Shown piece after piece: positions 40,215-52,890 of a stretch of 63,615 nucleotides of DNA (positions are counted from its first letter, which is position 1; every line of letters starts with the position of its first letter). Location: assembly GCF_001194135.2 (NCBI RefSeq), contig NC_068993.1:63926319-63989933 (forward strand), written 5' to 3'. This DNA is from Octopus bimaculoides. Lineage: Eukaryota. The notes under the pieces were generated by a model. It searched no databases and had not been told where the DNA came from. It was given only the letters and a program-made list of their open reading frames with translations. The position numbers and the translations under genes are program-made.

Positions 40215-40860
40215 AATACGGTGCCCAAGAACAAGAATGATGGTTGTGCCTCGGAAATTCTGGTCTCGATGATAACCATTATATCTATATCTAGTGTTCT
40301 GAGATAACCGAGCAGGTTGCTCCTTTCGGAGCATGGCCATATTCGACAAGAAAAAGAAAAGTGAGGAGAATCGCCTTTTTTTTTCTGTTGAAGAACGGAT
40401 TTTCTCTCCTTCCGGCTGTTTGTGGGTGTTCCCATATATATTTCTTCATAGTCTTTTCTGCAAAATCCCACATAAATATTTAGGATATTTTGCTTTTCAA
40501 TTTGCAACAAGATTTTTGACGTTCTTTTTATAATTTTTATAAGTATTAAGGTGTTTTGAGGGGATTGGTTTTGCTGTTCTTTTTGTCTGTTTGAATGAGG
40601 TTGTATCCTCATTTGTGAAATTGTTTGTAATGTTGCTGATGTTGCTAAGTGTTACAGATATTTGTAGCTGTGATCGCATTGAGGATCTGTGTGACTGTTT
40701 ATTGGTTTCTTTGTCCCTTCTTTCAGTTATCTGTTTTTAATCTGATGCAACATTTTTCATTTTCCATTTTCTTCATTTTGTTTTCCATTTTCAACAAAGT
40801 ATCAACAAATTCATTCAAACTGGTTTCCTCGCAAGGCGAGTTAGTTTACTCTACCAGCTA
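40215..40860 (-). mobile_element. Possible L1/Tx1-like 5' remnant (ORF1 piece and start of AP endonuclease)
   Basis: NLLGYLRTLDIDIMVIIETRISE resembles the APE N-terminal DIxxxQET motif; the upstream part is K/N-rich and only suggestive. Confidence 0.35.
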
Positions 40861-40919
40861 GAAATATTAATCAGATTTTCTTTTAAGTTTTAGTTTGAAA
40901 GGACAATTTAGAAAGCAGT

Positions 40920-41130
40920 TTTTAGCACCAAAACAGGGCTTCAAATTTTAGGAAAGCGGAAGTCGAGTACATCGGTCTTAGAATCCAAGTGATACTTTAT
41001 TTTATTAAATCCAGACAAAGTTGACTTGGGCGAAATTTGAGCTCAGAAACTGATAACACAAATAATCTTGTCAGAAACTCTAACATATTGCCAATCTACC
41101 AGCGTAATGGTTTACTAGATAACGCAATGC
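40920..41130 (-). mobile_element. Decayed SINE family B
   Basis: AAGTCGAGTACATCGG...CAAAGTTGACTTGGGCGAAATTTGAGCTCAGAA. Confidence 0.65.
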
Positions 41131-43064
41131 TAAACGTCCACAGAAAGATAGGATGCTTATTGTTAGAATGTCTTGATTCATCGGCTCTGTTAAGAGTGAT
41201 TCTGAAGCTATACGACAACAACAATAACAACAATCACAGTAACATCACAACTTCCGACTGAAGAGTAAATAAATCTCCTTCAATTAACGATCTTAAAAAA
41301 CAGAGAACACGCTGAAGACTGTGGTCGGTCCTTATATACAAGATGGAATGTGTATCACTGGAGATCTTTTGATCAGTGGTTTGTTTGGTCAGAATGGACT
41401 CGTTTTTAACAAACAGCTACAACAATAAAACTCGATGCCAACCGTTTGCAGAAGAGATTAGAACTGATTTGAATTATTTCGAGTATATATATCTGATAAT
41501 TCTAATATTAGAAAAACTAAACTAGGTACTTTATGGAATTTAATCTAGTGAGGTTACTGTTTCTAGCAATAACCTCAGCTTAGTTGTTAATAAAAGAAAT
41601 ACGTCGATAACTAATGTAGTTTCACGTATACTACGTATACTAGCAGTAATATACTCATAAATCGATTTCGACATTATTATTTCCTTAAGTTGACTAGCAT
41701 ACGCATAAATATTTAGTTTGTGAAGAGAAACACTATATGTCCTGGTTCTTTCGTGTGAGGGGAGCAAAATGCCTTACGACTGACTAAGAAGTTCGGGTAA
41801 AGCTGTAAGTTTTAGAAATTTACTTCTTAATAAAGGGCTTTCAAATTCTGTTGCTTTATGTGGCACATTGGGTGCCTCCTAGAATAGCCTCCGAGTTATC
41901 AATACCATGTTTGTGAAATTTGGGTGAAGTTAATACGTTGAAGGTTATTGCATGTATCAGAAAATCGCTTTAATATATATTTAATAAACTAAGAATATAC
42001 CAAAACTACATGTAATATTAGGAATCTTCGATAATATATCTGATCCGTAATGTGAAGTAAACATCTGATAATTAAAATTATGGAAAAATGTTCAGTCTGT
42101 TTGGATCGTTGCAAATATCGGTTTCTTCTAATATTTCATGTTGCATTTTTCTATTTCGCTTGATGTTTCTCACACACTTTCTATTTCTATATCTCATGTC
42201 AGTAACACTTCTGTCTTTGCAGGCATTTTATTATGCATTACGTAGTTCACATATACACAAGTCAATATGGCTTTATGAAATGGTCCATACGAACAAATGG
42301 TATATGATTGTTTCCGGGAGGAAGGTGATTCTGTTGCGTTTCGACATTGTCCTGCATTACAAACCTATGACATCTAAACTATGCTGTATATACAATTGTC
42401 TATATCTTAAGTTGCAATTATTAATCACAGCTGCCAGGTAGCAGCGTAAGAATATGATACAAGTATCATTGACCTTTCGTTTTGTTTTACTCTCCGTGAT
42501 TGTTATTATTTGAGTCTTACACTGCGTAAATTTATCTTCGAACAAATTCTGTTTCATTACAAAAGTAGTAAGATACATGCTAACTTTGTCAGTCCATGAA
42601 AAGATTCGTTTGTTCTTGTTTGGATACAGTTCGACATAGAATTTCTTTCTAGACATGATAAGAGGCGCGAGGGTGGCTGTAAAGTTGAGAAACTTGGTTT
42701 TTGTCTCAGTTCTGCTACACAGCAACTTGTGAAAGTGTCGCCTATTGTAGCGTCTAGTAGGCTACAGAATATTACGAGGTGTGTGTGTGTGTGTGCATAT
42801 CAATTTAAATAAGAGCCATAACACAATCCATAATAAAACTTGTTTAATAACCTATGCACATTTCGATGCAAGATCCCGACTCACTCTTGTCTGAGATAAG
42901 AATATGGAGTCTTGCATCTCTTCATCTGCGATACACACAGACCCGAGTTTCTGGGTAGTTGCTCTTCTTCAGTGTGTGTTAATCACCAGCAAGTGATGAA
43001 GAACTCATTCCATTCGCATATATATATATATATATATACACCAACTCCCACGCACGCACACACA

Positions 43065-43169
<105 letters not shown>

Positions 43170-44494
43170 TATTTATCTATCTAGAAGTTTTTGACAAGAA
43201 TATTGTAGACAATCATTTCTAAAATTCGGTTTGCTTAGCCTTCACTCCGCGAACAGATAATCATTTGCCGTAAAATCTTGAATAATAAGGTAAAAACAAC
43301 TTATTGAACTACATGAAATTTCGCTAGAATTAGAGCCAATTCTAATATGGTTGATAGACAACAAAAATAGACAACAAAGGTAGACAAGAAAATCAGTGAT
43401 AATCAAGTTAGGAGCTGAGACAATAATAGCAATTTCACTCATTAATGCGAACACAATATAAAATAATTGTCTGGTATAAGATTTAGCGTGCGAGTGTTTA
43501 AACCTAGCGTTAGATTTAAATAGTAGTCTATCAATTGACCTATATGAGTGTGTGTGTGTGTGTGTATGTGTGTGTGTTTGCGCGCGGGCACACAAACACA
43601 TACGCATATGTAATTATATTATTTATATCTTTAACAAGTCTTAGCCACAATCAATCCCTCAACTGTCACAAAATCATTAGATATTTCATTTACTATATTT
43701 CCTTGCAGATTTTTCTTTGTTTCTTATTGTGCTGTGTATTCCTGGTCTTATTTTCGTCCGAATCAGCTTCTAAATTTAATAAATGAATTTTACAAAACCA
43801 TTGCCAAAGGTTTCGCAATTTGTGTTTGCATCCTCTTTACCAATTTTAGTTCAGACGATGTTTATTTTCTCGTAATTGTTTGTCAATTGTATGGACAGAC
43901 ATAGTGTTCTCTCACGTAAACATGTTCAACACATCAATAAACAGAACTAAAGAAGCAGAGAGTAAATAACCCGCCGGAATCAAATTCAACAACGGCAATT
44001 CTGTCTCGTCTTTTCTGTCCGCCATACGATGTCAGGTGTTAAATATTGACAGCTTGATGTGGTAACGACCTGATTAATACATTAGAACTGTCTACTAAAC
44101 TGACTAGCTTGCCTATTCCATTCGAATTTGAGTTTTAGTCGCCACTCAATCAATGAATTTTCGCAGTTAATCAATTGAATATAAGAACATGGGCTAACTT
44201 GGAGCCTGGTGAAGGTATTAGTGTCAAATGCTTCTGACCACTGCTCTTATTGCTACTTTTGCCACTGTCCATGCTGCTGCTGTAACTGCTGCCACTACTA
44301 CTACTGCAACTACTACTACTACTACCACCGCCACCACTACCAGGCTCCTTATAGTTCTGTGAATATATCATTAGAGATATTTCACCTTGTTTTCTAAAGA
44401 GTTTATTTAAAATTGGACAAAAATCGATGGACAAAAAACTCATCGGACAAAAAGACGTTTGGCGAAGTGCCGTCGGACCAAAAGACGTAGCACC

Positions 44495-44560
<66 letters not shown>
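44495..44560 (+). repeat. (CTA)n microsatellite, 22 units
   Basis: Directly visible. Confidence 0.97.
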
Positions 44561-44561
<1 letters not shown>

Positions 44562-44589
44562 AGGGGAATCAATTAGGGAAAATGCACGT

Positions 44590-44780
44590 TGTGACCCGAC
44601 TTGCTAGATATAGCAACTAACTCTCTCATAATTCACAGCTTCTATCTTTTTTAAGGTAAAACATGTAGAGTAATGTAGTGGAAGAAAACTATGCAGGAAA
44701 TGACAGGATGGTCATGCTTGGAATTCTTATATTCATGTTGCGTTCCGTCAGTGCCGACGTGGAATTAAACAACAATAAAA
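44590..44780 (+). mobile_element. Dispersed repeat (SINE-type 3' segment); relatives near 7700-7900, 15460-15620 and 34400-34560 (-)
   Basis: GACTTGCTAGATATAGCA...GACAGGATGGTCATG...GGAAT, compare GACAGGGTGGTCATGGCAGGAATG at 7810. Confidence 0.55.
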
Positions 44781-44794
44781 ACAATCAGTTACTA

Positions 44795-45690
44795 ATATTG
44801 GTTTCAAATGTTGGTACAAGGCCAGACATTTCGAGGCAAGGGGTAAGTCGATTACCCAAGTGATCAACTTATATTTATTTTATCGATCCTGAAAGGACGG
44901 AAGCGTAAGTCGACCTTGACTGAATTTGAAATCAGAACGTAAAAACGGATTTATGCCGCTAAACACTTTGCCCGGAGCTCTAGCGATTTTGCCAGCTCAC
45001 CACCCCAACTTAGTACAACTAACATTGGTTTCAAATTATGACATAAGGCCAATAGTTTCGGACCAGGAGCTAAGTCAAATACAACGCCTCCACTGTATAA
45101 CTGGTACTTATCAACCCTTGAGGACGAAAGGTACAATAGGCCTCGGCGGAATTTGAGCTCAGAACGGACGAAAGGCCGCTAAATATCTTGCACGGCGTAT
45201 TAACGATTCTTCCAGCACAACGTCTTATTTATACCACTAATATTACAGACCTGAATAAAGCTGCGTGCAGCGGAACCGTTAGCAATCCCGGCAAAATGCT
45301 TAGTGGCATTTCGTTATATTTACGTTCCAAGTTGCAAAGCCCGCTGAGGTCGACTTTGCCTTTAATCCTTCCGGGGTCGATAAAAGAAGTATCAGTCGGT
45401 CGATGCAATTGACTTACTCCTCTCCCAATTCTAAACATTTTGTCCGGCGTGCTGGCGATTCTGCCAGCTCACCGCCTTCAAGTATATATTCATATTGGCC
45501 TTAAAGCGTGGCACGAGGCTAGCAACTTAGGAGAGGGGAAAGTTGATGTAATCAACCCCAGTGCCAAATTAGTACTTACATTTTTTTTTACTTAAAGGAT
45601 GAAAGACAAAGTCGACCTCGGCTGAATTTGAACCCGGAACGTAAAGACGGATAAAATGCTGCTCAGCCTTTTGTCTGGCGTTCTAATTTG
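44795..45690. mobile_element. Cluster of SINE family B copies (44795-45005 -, 45020-45240 -, 45265-45420 +, head 45443-45479 -, 45495-45690 -)
   Basis: Repeated GTCGACC/GGTCGAC, GGAATTTGA and CTGCCAGCTCACC motifs in both orientations. Confidence 0.85.
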
Positions 45691-48600
45691 TTATTTCGCT
45701 TAAAGCCTGACAGGGAAGCTTACTTCCCTTCAATAATGCAGTATACATAATCAATGTCTATGTAATGGATCCTGTTAATAACAAAATTATTTTGGTGGAA
45801 CGCGAACTCACAACGTCGTCAGACAAAACTGTTTTACTTTTTCTACCACTTTAGCCGCAGCATTTCTGATATCTACCACTTCACCATACCCTTAGCACTC
45901 AAACGAGATGAAAAAAGTAACTAAAACAAATAAAAAGCAATGACAAAATTAATTAAAAACATAAAATAACATTACAAAAGATATTACAAGCAAATTATGT
46001 GTCTACGTAATCATCAGACAAACATCGGATCAGTTGCTTGTTTTGTTGATCAAATAAAGAAAGAAAAAAAGAATGGTTATGGAGAGAAAAATGTGATAGC
46101 TGCAAATTAGTCGGACATATTTGTGAAAGATGTTAGCAACTTTTTATAGACTTTGCATTGTTCACACTAGGCTTGAGTTACAGAATACAAAAGTTGCAAG
46201 ATTTTGTCGAATGAATCAAGGATGCTAGTTCGATTTCTCTAATCTGTACAGTTTGTTTTCATACTACTTATTTTGTCATCATTGATTTTACATCATTAAT
46301 CAATAGACAGCATGAGAGATTAAGAGATACAGCGTGATTTATCTTCATATCATGAAACTGAAACGACCTGAAACAAGGCATTAAAATTCACAGGACAATT
46401 TCCCTTTTCCTGTTTTTTTCCTTTCAATAATACAGTTTTTATTTCAGTTCAAATAACTTACAATCAATTTAGTAAAACTATTTGCTACATTATTGAGAGG
46501 AAATATTTAGAAAATGTATTTGTTTTGAAAAGCTTTAACCAATGTAGGTTTTCCAACTGCAACGGAAGAAATGGATGCTTGTCATACATATAAACAAGTT
46601 AGAGATATGGAAGACAGAAGTTGGTGTTATGAATAAAATGAAATTCTCGATAAAAACAACAAAAAATCAATGGCATCAGAGGAAATATAGTGGAAGAAAT
46701 ATCATATAACGGATGGAAACTGAATGTATGGAGGGAGTACTTAAACATTAATTACATGTAATTTTGGGGAGTATTCTGACAGTTTAACGTCTCTAAATTT
46801 GAAAAAGAGTTTATTTTGAAATTTATATTAAACAAGAAAGAACTACTAAAAACGTAGCAGTAGAAAGTTCATCTTGAGTTGTTCTGGTATAATTAGCTAA
46901 AGAATTAAAAAAATTAGCAAATTTTACTTTTGGTTACATGTAATATTTAGAGTATTATTCATGCGTAAAATCAGTATTTTTATTCGAAAAAATCTATCTA
47001 CAAATTTTGTATTTCAATTAATATTTTAAATTAATGAACGATAAAACTTGTATATTTATAGCAACTTATATTAGTATTTGCGTTCAGAGGAAGCTTATTT
47101 GCAAGGGGATGAAAAACAAAATATAAATAATTATATAATTTCACATTTATTGCAGATATATTAATGAAACTCGACCAGTGGCAATATCGTATTAAGTTAA
47201 TATGTGTATATTACGTGTACTACCATGCATCAAACAATACAAAAGTAAATATGTTTTAAAACAGAATTTGTTTACTTCACTAAAATGCAACAGTTCGTTT
47301 CTATTGTAAAAAAAAAAAAATTAGAATCAATGATGTTATACATGTTCGTAAATAAGCTAGAATTAGAATATGTGCAGCTTAAGCATCGTAATGGATGAAA
47401 TCCTTATTTATTTATCTTATCGCAAATGGTTTCATCTTGGTTACTAAAGTCTCAGCATTTCTGCCGTTGGACCCACTGAGCTTCTTCAGTATAATGTTTT
47501 CGGAATTCCCGACATCACCCTTTATTCAATCCTCGGAGAAGACAATAGCCTTATTTCATTGCCTACCTGCCTGCTTTAGAGATATTGCCGGTGATACTTG
47601 TACCAAACTGGTTAAGCAAAGTATTAAACTGAAAGCTGCCAGGTAAATTATAAACAACATATGACATGCAGAAGATATTCTCTAAACTTTTGTATCATAA
47701 TAATTAGCTGATGGAAATGACGAAATTTTGTAGTCGTGAGCTTAATACTCTTTATTTCTTAATTAAAAATTTCCATCTGAGGTTCCTGTCTACTCTACGC
47801 AAACTCTGAGGAATATTAGCTCTCAGCATATGCACTGATTCTTTCTGTCAACAGTTACTGGCAACGTAAAACGGAAAAGAAAAGAAATAACACATTAATT
47901 AATTGTTTAAGACATATAATGTATTGGCTTCAGTCATTAGATTGCAGCCACGCAGGGGCACCACAAAAAGGATTTTCTTTTTTCTTGACAGTATTGTAAG
48001 TAAATTAGACATCAACAGCAAAAAATATGTACAAAATATAAAACATAGCCAAAATTCATTTAGTGAAGAATTTCTGCAAGAGGGAATAAGTTTAGGATTT
48101 TATATTTGATGAAACTTTTTAAAGTTACAAAAATTTAGGTCCCTTTAAGAAGTTGTCTTCAAAATTTTTATTTTAATATAACTTAAATCTTTTTGTCGTG
48201 CTGTATTTGGAGCACAACTTATAACTTAGGTTTAGAACTGCTAAATTTCCATTTGTGAAAATCGAATTATATTTCTAAATTTCCCGTTGTAGTTATTGAC
48301 TAAAATTTGAACGAAAAGTACATAAAGAAAAAAAAAAAATGATAAATGGAAGATGAATTTTTGTTATACAAAGTACTTCGTCACAATCAGATTATTTCAT
48401 CAAATTATCACTGATTGTGTAACGAAGGAAATTCCTTTGAGTCACTCTTTAACAAATTGACAGTTATATGGTTTCTGCAGAGACCCATTTCTGCATTAAA
48501 ATGAAAGAGCCAATGTATTTATATATCGTAGTAGTAAGGAGAGGGAACATCTTATAGAAAAGAGATGATACAGTGTTCTGTTGCCGTCCAGTCTCGACTG

Positions 48601-48744
48601 AGAGATAAAGCTAATTATGGTTTATTTGATTTTCATTTAACCACAAGTTGTATTTATTTCTGTACATGCTCGCATCGATATAGATTGATTTATTCTGTAA
48701 TTAATATGTATCTGTTTTGCAATGTACACATAGAAATTTACATA

Positions 48745-48945
48745 AACTGGTTTTAAATTTTGTCACGAGGCCAGCAAGGCGTAACTCGATTACAATGACC
48801 TCATCGCTCAGCTTGTACTCATTTTCTTGACCCGAAAGGATGAAACGCAAGGTCGACCTCGGTGGAATTTGAACTGAAAACGTAAAACCGGCCGAAATAC
48901 CGCTAAACATTTTTCCAGTGTGCTAATAATTATGTCAGCGCACCA
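48745..48945 (-). mobile_element. SINE family B
   Basis: GGATGAAACGCAAGGTCGACCTCGGTGGAATTTGAACTGAAAACGTAA...CGAAATACCGCTAAACA. Confidence 0.87.
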
Positions 48946-48994
48946 ACCTGAATTAACATACATATGCTCACACACATGTACATGCACGCCCCCA

Positions 48995-48996
<2 letters not shown>

Positions 48997-49026
<30 letters not shown>

Positions 49027-49163
49027 CTTCTTCTTCTTCTTCTTCTTCTTCTTCTTCTTCTTCTTCTTCTTCTTCTTCTTCTTCTTCTTCTTCTTCTTCT
49101 TCTTCTTCTTCTTCTTCTTCTTCTTCTTCTTCTTCTTCTTCTTCTTCTTCTTCTTCTTCTTCT
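48997..49163 (+). repeat. (CTT)n microsatellite, about 55 units
   Basis: Directly visible; explains the poly-F/L/R/E ORFs. Confidence 0.98.
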
Positions 49164-49164
49164 G

Positions 49165-49280
49165 TTTCTTGAGTAACGCTGCGATGGACTGGCGTTCCGC
49201 CCAGCTTGGGGGAACACATACGCCATAGAAACCGGAAAACCGGGCCCATGAGCCTGGTTAGGCTTTAAAAGGGCGCATAA
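49165..49280 (+). mobile_element. SINE 3' segment (another family)
   Basis: CTGCGATGGACTGGCGTTCCGCCCAG...CCCATGAGCCTGGTTAGGCTTTAAAAGGGCGC resembles a common invertebrate SINE tail (recognition only). Confidence 0.5.
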
Positions 49281-49290
49281 AAAAATATTG

Positions 49291-49500
49291 AAGGCAGTGA
49301 GCTGGCAGATCCATTAGCATGCTGGACGAAATGCTTAGCGGTATTTCGTCCGTCGCTACGTTCTGCGTTCAAATTCCACCGAGACTTTGTTTTCATCTTT
49401 TCAGGGTCGATAAATTAAGAACCAGTGAAACACTGGGGTTGATGTAATCAGCCAGTCGCCTCCCCCAAAACTTCAGGCCCTGTGCCTTTAGTAGAAAGGA
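49291..49500 (+). mobile_element. Full-length SINE family B
   Basis: Head AGGCAGTGAGCTGGCAGATCCATTAGCA, B-box-like GCGTTCAAATTCC, body GGGTCGATAAATTAAG...CTGGGGTTGATGTAATC. Confidence 0.9.
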
Positions 49501-49548
49501 TTATTATTATTGTGAAGTATATTTGCCACCTAAATGTGGCGGACCCAT

Positions 49549-49640
49549 AGGGGAAGATGTTACTGTTGTCTATAGCTCCAGGAAGACATCTCCTCCTGCT
49601 GGGCAAAAAGACACTGTGTCCGATTAGTATTTGCGAAGGG
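49549..49640. mobile_element. Decayed second copy of the 30878 MITE
   Basis: TA-GGGGAAGATGTTACTGTTG...TAGCTCCAGGAAGACATCTCCTCC...TATTTGCGAAGGG. Confidence 0.6.
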
Positions 49641-51429
49641 AAATCATCTCCATTTCGATAGTTTGATAGTTGATATATTATAAATTTAATAGAATCTGTG
49701 CAGAGGTGGAATGCTATTTTAGAGAATTGAAAACAGTATTCTGTGCATGAGTAATTTAACAGCAAACATTATGGAAGGTTTACCATATTTTTGTGTTTTA
49801 TTTCCAAACGTTGCAACTTATTGTAATGCAATATAAATTCTTGTTTATTATAGAAAATCAAGTATAAAGCCTAGCTCCCTTTTACTTAATCTTATTTCTG
49901 CTGTACATTTTTCCTAAATATGTTAGTAACAATGAGAGTATTTAACGGCAAACCTCTATGTATGTTACAAATTTGCCGTTTATTATGGAAGCGATAAAAT
50001 TGTTTATACTAATTTCAATGGCTGATTGTACTCCGTTATTAAAAAACAAACTGGAATTGTAATTCTTTCCAAACAAACAATTATGTAGGCATTTTGTAAT
50101 TAATAGCATTAACATTCAAGGAAGAATCAATATATATATATAACAGAGCTTGTGTGTGCGTGTGTATGTGTGTGTGTGTGCGTGTGTATGTGTGTGTGTG
50201 TGTGATGCGTATGTTCCTTATGGATTCGAAAACTGAGTTGCCGGTTTTGACGTCTGAGGTATCAAAACATTCAGTAATCTTACGGCTACCAAATGAAGTA
50301 TGTTTTTTTTTCTACCACAATTCTATTTTACTGCAAAAATAACCTCGAAAATGATGTCAGGTCGCACAATTTTGAGGTCATTTTGGGGCAATATTTGAAT
50401 TTGCTTCTAATTTACGTTGCCAATTTTTATGTTTTCGGTGTCAAAAAATGCAGTAATGTGCAAAATGTGTTATAAGTGCATTTGTGACGCAGGAAGCTCT
50501 ATTTATCAACGGAAAATGACCCCAAAACATGCTTTTTCTGAACAATTATTGGCACATTTTCCATCAATAATGGTTTTTGCAACAATCTCTATTTTTCATA
50601 GAGCGTGTACTATAACGCGAGTGGTGCAATGGAAAACAAATGTCTAACGTGTTAACATCAGTGAAGACAACAACAACACCGTGCATTTATACAAGTGCAA
50701 ATTAAGGTCATCTACACACATAAAAAGTAATAGTCAATCTATCAGTGTAGAATAATTTATATATGGCATATTTAGTCTAATTTTTTAATGTTTATAAATG
50801 ATTATTTAATTACATTTCAATTTATTTGACTTATTTTCAAACATTCTAATATTTTACTTTACATTGTATTTTTATTTTTGATTTTTATTCGTAATTTAAT
50901 GTGCCTCTGATTGTCTTTGTCTATATCTCTATCTGTACCTGTTTATAGATGTGTGTGTACGTGTGTGTATGTGTGTGTAAGTGTGTGTCTGTGTGTTTAT
51001 ATCTGCACAAATGCGTATATATGTACATATCTTAGGTATATATGTATATATATATATATACACACAAACATGCCAATTTATGTAGCTATCTATCTATCTA
51101 TGTATATGTCTATCTGTGTGTGTGTGTGGGTGTGTGGGTGGGTGGCTGTGTATATCGTTTGTAGAAATGCATAAATCCGGAGGAGAAGCACACTCTAAGA
51201 TGTTTATGGGGTTAACCTGGGTTCTCGCTCATAAGGTGTTTAGTCTTACGGCGTATCTTTAGATCCTAAACATTGTTGGCCTGAGACCTCTTTAAAATAT
51301 GGAGGTGGAAAACCCTCATTTTTAAGAGTAAAACCCTATGTGATTATCTCCCTTTGACATTGTCCCTCGATCTTCGGTCATGTCATGCTGCCATCTTGCG
51401 GTCACCAAAGCACCACGAAGGTAAAACAA

Positions 51430-51790
51430 ATTGTCTCTCTTCGGCCTTGGCTATTGTTTTCCAGCTGTGACGCTGCGGATTCCAAAAGGCCAGCAGGAAT
51501 TTTCTAAACTCCGTCCTGGAGTTCAGGATACTCCCTGGCACCATCGAGTCTTTAAGTATTTTCGTGCGTTCGGCAATGCATAACTTGCACCGTTTCGTCC
51601 CGTTGATGTAGGAGCCTAGGTTGTCGAGTACATTTCATGCGACCGAGTACGAATCTCGTCGTCACATAATTGGCAGATATGGCTGACCAGCGATGTCACT
51701 TATTTCCTTTCTGGGACTGTGAAGGAGGACAGATGATTGGAAATACGTTGTTTGAGAGAATTCCCAATGCACCACACGTGCTTTTGTGGG
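51430..51790 (-). mobile_element. Penelope-like element, GIY-YIG endonuclease C-terminal part
   Basis: With frameshift: KHVWCIGNSLKQRISNHLSSF...TSLVSHICQL / YSVA*NVLDNLGSYINGTKRCKLCIAERTKIL...LNSRTEF. Confidence 0.85.
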
Positions 51791-52440
51791 CGCGTGGTGT
51801 CGTTGCGCCTGCTGCTGTTGTTGGTGTTGTTGTTGCTGCTGTTACTGCTACCGTGTCGCTAATGCCACCGGTAGTGTTGTCGCTGCTGGAGTTGGCGCTG
51901 CTGCCGTTGGTGCTGGTGTTCTCATCGCTGGGGTGTTGGTACCGGTCATATTCTCGTTCCTGCGCCTGTTGCCTGTGGTGCAGTCGTTGTTGTTGCTGCC
52001 GCTGCTGGCGCTGCTGTTGCTGCTGCTGTTATTGTTGTTGTTGTCGGCGCCGCTGCTGGTGCTGCCGCTGGCGTTGCTGTTGTTATTGATGGAGTCGAGG
52101 CTGCTGGTGTTGTTGCTGGTGATGGTGGTGGTGGATGATGTGGTGGTGGCGACAGTAGTGTTATCCCCCACTGCCGGTTCTGCTGTTGTTATCGTTATAG
52201 CCAGCGATAAAACGGGATGCGTTGTCTCTGCTACTATTACTATAGTGGTCAATAGGCCTGGCATGTGGACGTCGGGGAAGCCGTTGGTAAGGCTGCTGGT
52301 GGTGGTGGTGGTGGTGGTGATGTCGCTGCTTTTGGCGATGCCGTTGCCGTTGTTGTAAGTGATGGTGCCATCCATTGTGGTGGTGGCGATGGTGGCTGTG
52401 TTCTCATGTCTACGGCCGTTATTGCTTCTGCCGGTATTAA
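51790..52440. repeat. Degenerate trinucleotide low-complexity tract (GCT/GTT/GGT) within the Penelope-like locus
   Basis: Mixed triplet repeats, open in several frames on both strands. Confidence 0.85.
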
Positions 52441-52449
52441 AGGCATGTC

Positions 52450-52890
52450 GTGTTAGAACCTCGGCTTGATATACGACCCCTTTGGTTTCGCAGCGGCCTA
52501 CCGGGCAAGTGCTACGGATCCTGTATGAACGACCCGCCCCTGGTAAAAGGCGTCAGCAAGAGGATTTTGGGCTTTTCTTCTAGCCAAGAAGCCTTTGATG
52601 CAGCAGCCCCGTACTGTAATGCGACCCTAGCTGCCAGGGAGTTTAGAGACCGCATCTTCTATATGCCGGAACCCAATAGCCGCAGAAGAAAGCGCCGCAG
52701 AAATACGATTTGGTTCCTCCACTCCCTTAACACAATAATTCCCGTAGGGTAGACTTTTCCTTAAAGTAATAGATAAGCATTTCACTAGTTCCCATGGGCA
52801 CGGACCCCTATTCAACAGGCATAACTTTAGGTCTCGTTTAGCTGTGCCCCAACATTAAGAGAATCCTAGTTAGCGCCCCTAGGACACAGG
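52450..52890 (+). mobile_element. Penelope-like element, RT-to-endonuclease linker, inverted relative to 51430-51790
   Basis: LVKGVSKRILGFSSSQEAFDAAAPYCNATL...IFYMP...RRKRRRNTIWF; FLKVIDKHF...LFNRHN; VSFSCAP. Confidence 0.85.

Noticed and set aside
44678-44863. Signal-peptide-like ORF MVMLGILIFMLRSVSA
   Set aside because: Lies in a dispersed repeat with relatives at 7.8, 15.5 and 34.5 kb and runs into a SINE.
51670-52456. Mucin-like or Cys-rich 139-190 aa ORFs as a host gene
   Set aside because: Degenerate triplet repeat, open in several frames, embedded between Penelope-like fragments.
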